The notes beneath the pieces are model-generated. The model did no database searches. It worked only from the letters and a program-made list of their open reading frames with translations, and was not told the DNA's origin. This document shows, piece by piece, positions 54,260 to 64,000 of a stretch of 64,000 bases of DNA. The translations under genes were made by a program, and so were the position numbers. Every line of letters starts with the position of its first letter. Positions within the stretch are counted from its first letter, which is position 1. Source of the DNA: Octopus sinensis (taxonomy: Eukaryota); NCBI RefSeq assembly GCF_006345805.1, contig NC_043018.1, positions 930,001 to 994,000 on the forward strand, read 5' to 3'.

Positions 54260-54949
54260 TTATTGTATGGAAAGTGTTCTGCGTAGGATGTGTGCAGTGC
54301 CTAGTAGTGCAATTTTCTGTATGTTATATGTGTTTGTAAGTCCTGGTGTTTTTGTTATGTATTTGTCTGAATATTTTTTTATCATGCCTAATGCACCTAC
54401 TATGATAGGAATTGTTTCTGTTTTCAGATTCCACATTCTAGTTAACTCTATTTCCAGGTCTTTGTATTTTGAGAGTTTCTCCATTTCTTTTAGATACACG
54501 TTGTCATCTGCCGGTACTGATACATCAATTAGAAAGCATTTTTTTTCTTCCATGTCTCTGACAACTATATCTGGTCTGTTGGCCTTAATTTCTCTATCTG
54601 TGTGTATCGGCATATCCCAGAGTATGGTTGCTTTCTCGTTTTCTGTGACCTTTTCTGGTGTGTGCCTATACCATCTTTTTTCTGTTGTTATTCCATAATG
54701 TTGGCATAGCTTCCAATGTATGTAAGTTCCAACTCTGTCATGTCTGTGAATATATTCCTTCTTAGCCAGGACTGGGCAGCTAGAGATAATATGATTTATT
54801 GTTTCTTGTCCATCTCCACATATTCTGCAGTTACTTGTAATATTTCTTTTCATTACATGTTTTTGGTAATTTCTGGTGGGGAGGCTTGGTCTTGTGCTGC
54901 AATTAAAAATCCCTCTGTTTCTGCTTTGAGTCCTGAGCTTCTCAACCAT
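54260..54949 (-). pseudogene. R4/Dong ORF C-terminal part: CCHC zinc knuckle and restriction-like endonuclease
   Basis: CRICGDGQETINHIISSC; RHD; ANRPDIVV...CFLIDVSVP...KEMEKLSKY; IIVGALG; LLGTAHILRRTLS. Confidence 0.92.
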
Positions 54950-55100
54950 TGCTGGGATTTTTCTTTGTCTATTTCTTTTTTGCGTTTAGTTTAGTCCAGT
55001 ATTTACCATGAAGGGGCTTTTCTTGCCATCGTTTTATCATGGTTCGTTGCTGTTCTATTTTAGTTTGGATTTCATTTTTTTTATAGCTTTTGTTGTTTCT

Positions 55101-56360
55101 TCATCTTCTTCTTCTTCTTCTCATGTTTATTAGGTGGTATGATTTCTTGTTTGTATTTGTCAGCTTCCTTAAATACTGAGAACAGTTTTTGTTTTGCTCG
55201 TGTTTTGCCGCTATCTGGATCAGTTTTCCTTCCTTCTGAAGTAGATATTTTTGCAGTCCTATGGTGGTTATTTTATAGTAGTTTTCCAGCTGTATAAGGC
55301 CTCTACCACCTTCTATACGTTGTATATATAGTCTTTCTATGTCAGATTTTGGGTGATGCATCCTAGATCCTGTCATTATTTTTCTTGTTTTCCTATCTAT
55401 TTTGGTCAGTTCATTTCGTGTCCAGTTAAGGATATTGTAGCTGTAACTTATAACTGGGACAGCTAAAGTGTTGATACCTATTATCTTGTTTTTAGCATTG
55501 AGCTCTGTGTTTAGTATTGATCTAACTCGTCTATAATATTCTTTTTTATTTTCTCTTTCATTTGTGTGTTGTGTCTTATCTAGTTCATGGATTCCTAAGT
55601 ATTTGTAAGTTTGGCTTTGGTCTAATTCTTTTATTTCATTGGTTTTATCTAGTGTGATGTTGTTACTCTTAACTAGTTTTCCTCTTTTCATGGTTACTTT
55701 GGCGCATTTTTCTAATCCAAATTTCATATCTATTTCTTTGGTAAATCCATGAACTGTCTTTAATAGTGTTTCCAGCTGTTTGTCATTTGCAGCGTATAGT
55801 TTTAGGTCATCCATATATAAAAGGTGGCTGATCGTTTTGCCGTAACATTTATATCCGCATCCAGTTCTATTTAGCATATCAGATAGAGGTGACAGTGCCA
55901 AGCAGAAAAGGAGTGGAGAGAGCGTGTCTCCCTGGAATATTCCTCTTCTAATGGGGATGTCTTTGGTTTTCATGAGTCCCTCTTTTGTTTGGAGGTGTAG
56001 GACTGTTTGCCATTTATTCATAGAGTGCTCTATGAATTTTATGATTGTTGGTGCTACTTTGTTAATGGCTAGTGTTTCGAGGATCCATGTGTGGGGGATG
56101 CTATCAAACGCCTTTTTGTAGTCAATCCAGGCCATACTGAGGCCTTTCTTCTTTCTGTGGCTGTCTTCAGTTATGGCTTTATTAATCATTAGTTGATCTT
56201 TACAGCCATATGAGCCTTGCGGCATCCTTTCTGCTCTTCTGGGAACAGTTTGTTTTCGTCCAGGTGCTTGTTCAGCCTTTGTGATATCACTGCAGTAAAT
56301 GCCTTGAACATAGTAGGGAGGCAGGTTATTGGTCTGTAGTTTTCTGGTTTTTTCTTTCAT
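55101..56360 (-). pseudogene. R4/Dong ORF reverse transcriptase part
   Basis: GSYGCKDQL, WIDYKKAFDSIPH, GIFQGDTLSPLLF, HLLYMDDLKLYA, FGLEKC, YKYLG, GGRGL. An upstream frame gives KNYRPITCLPT. Confidence 0.95.
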
Positions 56361-58117
56361 TTGATTTGGGAATTAAGATGGTTTTCCCTTCGTGAGCCAT
56401 TCAGGCATTGTCTCTGGCTCTGCTAGTACTTGTTAAAGTTTTCAGCCAGCTTTTTGTGCATTCCTGTTAGATATTTCAACCAGAAGTTGGGGATCTTGTC
56501 ATGCCCAGGTGCCTTCCAGTTGCTTAGTCTTTGCAGTGCCTGGGTGACCTCTTCAGTTGTTATGGGGGTCCAAGTTGTTCAGATGCCGAGTTTGTTATTT
56601 TGATACTCCTTTTTTTGGTGGTTCGTTCGCCGACCATATTTCTCCCCAGAATTCTTCCAATTCTTCTGCCGTTGGTGCTGCAGTGACTTCTATTTTATTT
56701 TTGCCCAGTTCTTGGTAGAACTTTTTGGGGTCGTGTTGAACTTTTTGTCTGTTCAAAGAAGCGTTGGCGTTTCTCGTACCGGCGGATCCTTTGAGCTTTG
56801 GCAAGGATATCTTGCTTCAGCTTTTCTTTTATCTCCGGCAAATCTTTTTCTGTGTGTTATATTTGCGGAGTATTTTTGTTCTCTTTTTGTTGCTCAGTAG
56901 CGTTGTTTGCTGATTTCATTAAGAATCGACAGGTCTTTTCTAATTTTTTTAATTTTGTTTTGGATGTTATTTATCCACAGGGTTTGTTTGGGTGGTGGTA
57001 CTCCTGTTTGGGCGGGTTTGGGTGAGTATCCAGCTTCTTGTGGCTGCAGTGGCTGCTGCGTATATCAAGTTATTTAGTTCAGTGATATCACTTTTTTTTT
57101 TTCAGTGGCTAGTTCAGTGACGGCTAGGTTTATGTTGTTTATAATTGGTGTTGTTATTGCGTTTATTTTTATTCTTGGGAGGTATGGTCGGTGGTCCATT
57201 TTGAGCTCTGTGGTTTTTAGTTCTTTGATTATTTTATTTTTTATATTATCATAATCATTAGGCTCCCCTTCGTTGTTTACATCGTGTTTGTTGGGAATGT
57301 TGCGTTTGTCTTCGTGTTTTACAGTTTCAGTGTTTATATTATTGGGCATTGTTGTGTGGCTTCTATCTACATTTTCCTGGTGTATTTTTCTTTTAGGTGT
57401 TCTATTTCTATTTCTGATATTTTTTTTGTGTTGAGAATGTATCTTCGTACGTTAGCTAATTTATTAGGGTTCATTGCTGTATCCAAGTCTAATCTCTATT
57501 ATTTTCCTTCCATATTTTATATGTATGTGTTGTTGTATTTTCATTTTTTGGGTAGAGTACTGCTGTGAAGTATGCGTGTAAGATAGAAATGTATTCCTCA
57601 CGTGTCCATTTACGTCTTTTGGGTTTTATTTGCGGGACATGAGGTACAACGTCCGGCCCATTATTTTGACGGTCGTCATTTTCGTAGGGTACCGGTCCGT
57701 TTATTTCTGTTGTCACATTATTTCGCACGTGTAGTTTTTCGTACATTTTTTGTTGTAGGTTTAATGTACGTACCGCTCGATTGTTATTCTTGGTTGAATA
57801 GTATCGGTGGCATTTAATTTCTTCGTAGTTCCTTTGTACATGGTGTTTGGGGTCGGAGATGATCGTGATGTTTCACGCATGTTTACATGTGTTGCGTTAG
57901 AGGTGGAGATGATATCGAGTCAAAATACATCATTTCGTTTCGAAAATAGTAATAAATTTCAATTTGTATTACTTACTCGGATACAGTCCAATTCTTTGTT
58001 AGTAAAACTTTGGCTCCATAGGATGTCCTTGTTTTCGATGTTTGTGGATAGGTTTCGGAGCTCTGAATTTTCCTTCTTACATCTTAAAAGTCCCCCGGTG
58101 TTCTCTTAGTCCCCCGG

Positions 58118-58120
<3 letters not shown>

Positions 58121-58202
<82 letters not shown>
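58121..58202. repeat. (TTA)n array at the 5' side of the R4/Dong element
   Basis: Read directly from sequence. Confidence 0.97.
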
Positions 58203-58585
58203 TTGATAATGAAAATGGAGTGGGATGGTAGCGGTGGTGGTGGTTGTAGTGGTGATGGCGACATTAATGTTGCCATTGTATGAAGAATTATGAAACGAAA
58301 TCAGTTTGTTTTGTTTTCTTAGCACCTTTGATATTTTTCTCCGAATTTGTGTTTCTTCTCCTACTACACACTAATTAAACTGAAAATCTTCTAATAGTCA
58401 GCGATTTAAAGTAATTTTTCTCATTTCATACACACCTATACACACATACGGACATCATACACACATGCGCATATATATGTATTTAACGCACATACACAAA
58501 CACACACACATATCTATATACATGCAACATATATATATATATATATAATATAATATATATATATATATATATATGTATTATACAT

Positions 58586-58616
<31 letters not shown>

Positions 58617-59693
58617 TTCTTATTTGTATAGCAGAATCTCATAAAACCTACACAAAACCAAAAATTTGTTGTTTTGTTTACGTTGTTCTTTATTTCTTTA
58701 TTTATTTCTTTTAATGCATAACAGAAGCAATCTTAATAAATTAATCAGAATTCTCGTAGGCCAACATACAGTTTTCATACTCGACGAAACACGAAGAAAT
58801 CGTTATTATTATCTTGTATCGGTTCATTGAACGATCGACAGAAAAGACATCAAAGGACATATAACCATGTATGAAAGACGATGACAAAAAAAAAAAAATG
58901 AATACAAAAAAATTCAAATATGAAGAAAATAAAAGAAAACAAAAGTCACTATTTAAAAGAGGTCGAAAATGGCGAATATTTCAACAACTAGCTTTCACGT
59001 TACCTTCACACAGATTAACTCATTTCTCCCTTCATCCTTTTCCAACACTGTTCATATCTTCTCCTTGCAAGGTATTCTCATGCACTTCTGGTTCACTCAA
59101 CACTTTCTTTTGTTTTTAAAAATAGTCCGTGGAAAATGTCCACAAAAATGTCAATGTTTTTATCAGTACAACACACACAAATATTGAGTTACAAAATGGC
59201 GTATCCACACGTAAATACAGAGGTGAATAGTGACATCTTACGACGATATACACAACACCTTAACGTGTAACCAATCTACGGAGAAACTGTTACATTTGTT
59301 CTGTTTATATTGTACCATATTGTACCATACTTTTGGTGCTGCATGAACTGAATTTGCCGTCGAAAGGCTGCTGATAGTAAAACAAGTTTTAAAACACGGC
59401 ATACATATTGGGAACTACAGCTATCTGTAGCTACTGGGCATGTTGAGACTATAAGCAGATGGCAGGCATAGTTATCTGTCATTAGCCAAAGTGATACAGA
59501 GGCACATTTATGATGAGTACCCGATACAGTTCGAGCGTCGATCAAGTCTGTTAGTCATCTCTTCAATATATGGGAAAATAATTATATTTCCCTGCTTATG
59601 TATCTATTATATAGGTTAAACGTAGGCACTCGCATGCACACATTCTCTTTCTCTCTCTCTCTCTCCCTCACACACACACTCATACACACACAT

Positions 59694-59872
59694 AGCCATG
59701 ATAGATCGCTAGCTACTGCAAATTCTTTATTTTCTCTTCTTGTTTCTTTCTGTGGAAGAGCGTAGCTGCTCTAAACGTTAAAGACATTTTCACTTCCCGA
59801 GCGTTATACTAATACATCCTTTTGTTGTCTACACCACCAGTCTTCGTATTTTGTTTTTTTTTTGTGAATTTT

Positions 59873-59876
<4 letters not shown>
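59694..59876 (+). mobile_element. HHR-like repeat family B; motif at 59745-59784
   Basis: TCTTT-CTGTGGA-A-GAGC-GTAGCT-GCTC-TAAA-CGTT-AAAGA (G12 changed to U); ends at (TA)n. Confidence 0.7.
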
Positions 59877-59964
<88 letters not shown>

Positions 59965-59978
59965 CATATATAAATATG

Positions 59979-60036
<58 letters not shown>

Positions 60037-60051
60037 GTATATATTTGCAGT

Positions 60052-60240
60052 TAATTGGCAAAAGGTAAGCGAACACAGGGTGAGTAGAAAAAGAGATTCA
60101 CGGATTCTCTCAAAGCCTTACTGAAGTGCATTTGGACCAAAACCCGACACCTGGGAAACGCAGGTGCAGGGGACAGCCCTGCCTGATGTAGCTGAACATA
60201 ATGAGGTGCCACATTCTGCAAACAGGAAAGGCAAAAATTA
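60052..60240 (+). mobile_element. RTE-clade LINE 3' fragment
   Basis: [20 protein letters not shown]...PDTWE (RTE G.R..GGQKKRFKD.LKA...TWE motif). Confidence 0.75.
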
Positions 60241-60296
60241 CAATTAATAAATAATTATAAATATTTAAACTAGGAGTTACTTTTCAATCACCCTGT
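60241..60296 (+). mobile_element. Isolated mariner-type right end
   Basis: CAATTAATAAATAAT...GGAGTTACTTTTCAATCACCCTG matches the terminus at about 61654-61709. Confidence 0.75.
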
Positions 60297-60781
60297 CGGT
60301 CATTTGATTTAGTATTTCTAAATTGAATTTTTCTCTGTGAGTTTGGAATAATATTCCCACTTGTATATATATATATATATGTACATATATATCAAATACA
60401 TATATCTTATATATCCTATACATCATCATATATAGAGGCATTAGCAGGTTAAATTGCAACGTGACTACGTCCATTACTATATCGTAATTACTCACAGTTT
60501 GACAATATCAATAAATGCGTCACATGTTATAAATATTTGAATATTTGAGGTTAAGTATCTCAGCATGAAATGCGTTTGTGAGAACTTAAATTCAAGCACA
60601 ATTAAAGACTGCAGTTCATATGTTCCCACCATCAGAGAACCCTCCCCTGTCTAACTTTCTCTACACCACGTTAGTCAATAGAACCACACGTGGTGTTAGT
60701 TATCAAGATCCTAGTGCGCATAAGATTATTGCACCGGGAAACGACATACATATGTATGTGATTGATGCTTGCATACACGCA

Positions 60782-60812
<31 letters not shown>

Positions 60813-60816
60813 GCAT

Positions 60817-60854
<38 letters not shown>

Positions 60855-60877
60855 ATATATATGCATATATATATATA

Positions 60878-60941
<64 letters not shown>

Positions 60942-61136
60942 AACGAACATACACAGATATAGCATGACCGAAAGGGGGATTGAAAAGCAACTCCTAATTT
61001 AAATATTTATAAATTATTTGTTAATTGTAATCGATTTATTTATGTGTTTTGTTTTTTGTAGTATGGGGAAATACTCTTTAAACGAATTGCTTTTGTCGTT
61101 CGTGAATAGTTGAATGCCCACTTCTCCAGAAGATAT

Positions 61137-61368
61137 ATTTCTTTATTGCCCACAAGGGGCTAAACACAGAGGGGACAAACAAGGACAGACAAACGGATTA
61201 AGTCGATTACATCGACCCCAATGCGTAACTGGTACTTAATTTATCGACCCCGAAAGGATGAAAGGCAAAGTCGACCTCGGCGGAATTTGAACTCACGACG
61301 TAACGACAGACGAAATACGGCTACGCATTTCGCCCGGCCTACTAACGTTTCTGCCAGCTTGCCGCCTT
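61137..61368 (-). mobile_element. SINE family S2, single unit, near-consensus
   Basis: S2 head and body. Confidence 0.92.
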
Positions 61369-61369
61369 A

Positions 61370-61711
61370 GATGGGTCATTGTGGCCGTCCCGACATAGTA
61401 TCCTGCGATTTCTTTCTTTGAGATTGGCTAAAGGAACAACTCTACTGTAACAAATGAAAGACTTTGGCTGAACTCGAAGGGCGAATACGAAAATTAATGT
61501 CTTCCATTCCGCCAGAGTTTCTGGTGAAATGAGTTGACGTAATTCCGGAACGATTCAAGAAGGTGGGGGTAACATCTGGGACCGATATCGAATTTTGAAA
61601 TTAAACCACATACTAAAAGCTTTCCTCGCATATCCATTTTTTTGTAAAACTTACAATTAATAAATAATCTAAGTATTTTAAAACAGGGGATTACTTTTCA
61701 ATCACCCAGTA
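61370..61711 (+). mobile_element. Tc1/mariner transposon 3' end (decayed transposase C-terminus plus TIR and TA)
   Basis: WPSR.../CDFFL*DWLKEQLYCNK*KTLAELEGRIRKLMSSIPPEFLVK*VDVIPERFKK...IEF*; ends TTTTCAATCACCCAG-TA. Confidence 0.85.
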
Positions 61712-61760
61712 TACTTCACACTCACACACACGAATACACACACACACACACACACATATT

Positions 61761-61795
<35 letters not shown>

Positions 61796-61848
61796 TTTTA
61801 AATATTTGTTGTGCAAGATTTTTTATGTGAAGTCGTGTGTTGAAACAG

Positions 61849-62184
61849 ATATTGTTGTATTTAGGAATGGTCATTTTGCCAGTTTAGCCAATAAAAACAC
61901 ACGCACTATATATTTGGTGTTACTTTGCTTCAGTATTATTTATTTTTTACATTAATCTTAATCTTATTTCGGCCAGAGTTCTTTCGTCACACTCCTGTGA
62001 CCGCATCAGTGGTCCTTTGTTTTCTTCTCACTTATTTGTGTCTCTCCTTACTAACCGTCAGCGAAATAAGATTAAGATTAATGTAAAACATAAATAACAC
62101 TGAAGCAAAGTAACACCAAATATATAGTGCGTGTGTTTTTATTGGCTAAACTGGCAAAATGACCATTCCTAAATACAGCAATAT
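61849..62184. repeat. 123-bp near-perfect inverted repeat (61849-61971 / 62062-62184) with 90-bp spacer
   Basis: Arms are reverse complements with 3 mismatches counted by eye. Confidence 0.95.
61971..62015 (-). ncRNA. Minimal type I hammerhead motif in the inverted-repeat spacer
   Basis: GGACCA-CUGAUGC-G-GUCAC-AGGAGU-GUGAC-GAAA-GAAC-UC/UGGCC; A9 changed to C. Confidence 0.7.
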
Positions 62185-62205
62185 ATATATATATATATGT
62201 ATGTA

Positions 62206-62579
62206 TATATAAAATCCGTTCTGTCTGTGTGTGTGTGTGTCTTCTAGGATCTCGGGCATCCTCCATCCGATTGCGCTCAAATTTGATATGTAGATTCCGA
62301 CAGTATCAGGGCGTGTACAGGTCTTGAAAAAATTCGATTCCAGGTGAGAATACGATTGATAAATCCGTGGGAATGTGCATTTGTACACGCAAGTACATCA
62401 GCTGTTGCAACCGACATTACGCGTACGCGAGTAAAATGTACGGAGTCTCAAACTTAGGTTTAATGAATGTTTCTCAAAGGGGAGGCCTATGGGATAGTCG
62501 GACAAGTTGTTTTGAGAAAATTTGGTTTAAATGTTTGACAACTCAGCACCGTCCATTGGACGGGTGGCGTTTTGCTCGT
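62206..62579 (+). mobile_element. Helitron/Helentron-like non-autonomous element, second copy
   Basis: Shares both termini with 48333-48870; hairpin CCGTCCATTGGACGG at 62549-62563; different internal segment. Confidence 0.7.
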
Positions 62580-62803
62580 ATATAAATATATACATATATG
62601 CACGTATATATATATGTGTGTGTGTGTGTGTGTGCGTGTGTGTGTGTGTGTGTGTGTGATTGTGTGTGCTTGCTTCTCAACCACATGGTTCTGCGTTCTG
62701 TCCTACTGTGTGACATCTTGAGCAAGTATTTTCGACTAAAACCCTGGATTGATCTAAACCTTGAGAGTGGAATTGGTAGATTGAAACGAAAAGGAGCTCG
62801 TGT

Positions 62804-62856
<53 letters not shown>

Positions 62857-63156
62857 GTGTGTGTGTAGGTATGTATGTGTGTGTGAGAGAGACAGACGGA
62901 AAGGGATAGAAAGAGTGTGTGCTTTTTTTGTATATGTCTCTTACATAACATCACGAGACCGCGGGTACTGGTTTGTGCATTTCCCTGTAACTTAGCTGTT
63001 CGACAACCGATATGGGTAGAATAAGTATGAGGCGGTAAAATTGTGGAGTTGATTCGTTTGTCTAACTAAACTTGAAGTTGATGAAAGCAGTGAAAGAAAG
63101 AGGAAATATACGTATTTCTGCATAAAAAGGGGGAAATATATGTATATATATACATA

Positions 63157-63570
63157 TAGGCGCAAGAGTAGCTGTGTGGTAAGTAGCTTGTCTATCAACC
63201 AAATGGTTCCGGGTTCAGTCCCACTGCGTGGCATCTTGGGCAAGTGTCTTCTACTATAGCCTTGGGCCGACCAAAGCCTTGTGAGAGGATTTGGTAGATG
63301 GAAACTGAAAGAAGCCCGTCGTATATATGTAAATATATATATATATATATGCGTGTGTGTGTTTGTGTGTCTGTGTTTGTCCCCTAGCATTGCTTGACAA
63401 CCGATGCTGGTGTGTTTATGTCCCCGTTACTTAGCGGTTCGGCAAAAAGAGACCGAGAGAATAAGTACTGGGCTTACAAAGAATAAGTCCAGGGGTCGAG
63501 TTGCTCGATTAAAGGCGCTGCTCCAGCATGGCCGCAGTCAAATGACTGAAAGAAGTAAAAGAGTAAAAGA
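63157..63570 (+). mobile_element. SINE family S1, full length
   Basis: S1 head, (TA)n centre and tail. Confidence 0.92.
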
Positions 63571-63609
63571 TTAAAAGGGTATACATGCATATAATAATAA
63601 TATTAGGGT

Positions 63610-63985
63610 ATGTCGTCTGCCGCTACATTCTGAGTTCAAATTCCGTCGACTTTGCCTTTCATCCTTTCGCGGTCGATTAAATAAGTACCACTTACGCACT
63701 GGAGTCGATATAAACGACTTAATCCGTTTGTCTGCCCTTGTTTTCCCCCTCTGTGTGTGGCCCCCTTGTGGGCAGTAAAGAGATAAGACACGTTAGCACG
63801 CCGGGCGAAATGCATATGGGTATTTCGTCTGTCTTTGCGTTCTGCGATCAAATTTCACCGAGGTCGACTTTGCCTTTGGATCCTTTGCGGAGATCACTAA
63901 ATTAAGTACCAGTTGTGTACTGCGGTTGATCTAAAAGCCTGGCTCCCTCCCCAAAATTTTCGGGCCTTGTGCCTAGAGCAGAAAA
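63610..63985 (+). mobile_element. SINE family S2, two units
   Basis: S2 bodies and short tail. Confidence 0.85.
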
Positions 63986-64000
63986 GAATTGCACGAGCTG

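Larger units (their letters stand above)
54181..58121 (-). mobile_element. Near-full-length R4-clade (Dong-like) RLE non-LTR retrotransposon, about 3.9 kb
   Basis: N-terminal KRRKWTREEYISILHAY, RT, CCHC and RLE domains in order; short 3' UTR; flanked on both sides by TAA-type repeats. Confidence 0.93.

Overview
AT-rich, microsatellite-saturated eukaryotic DNA with no confidently identifiable host gene; it is probably intronic or intergenic. The SINE families, the (TA)n/(CATA)n/(GATA)n load and the retroelement mix resemble an octopod cephalopod genome (inference from recognition, not a search). Most ORFs in the supplied track are translations of simple repeats. Real coding remnants are all transposon-derived: a near-complete R4/Dong-type RLE LINE in TAA repeats (54.2-58.1 kb), an older R4 fragment beside it, Penelope-like (PLE) RT/GIY-YIG remnants, HERO, CR1 and RTE 3' fragments, and Tc1/mariner ends. 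There are also two Helitron-like non-autonomous copies and more than 25 tRNA-derived SINE copies. The most interesting layer is non-coding: hammerhead-ribozyme (HHR) motifs from about five unrelated short repeat families, mostly next to (TA)n tracts. They include a retrozyme-like partial tandem whose two defective HHRs could complement each other, an intact HHR with a ~100-nt stem II extension, a family with a shared variant core (CUGUNGA), and a 123-bp inverted repeat whose second arm begins 4 nt from the predicted HHR cleavage site. All RNA structures were folded by eye; none was computed or tested.
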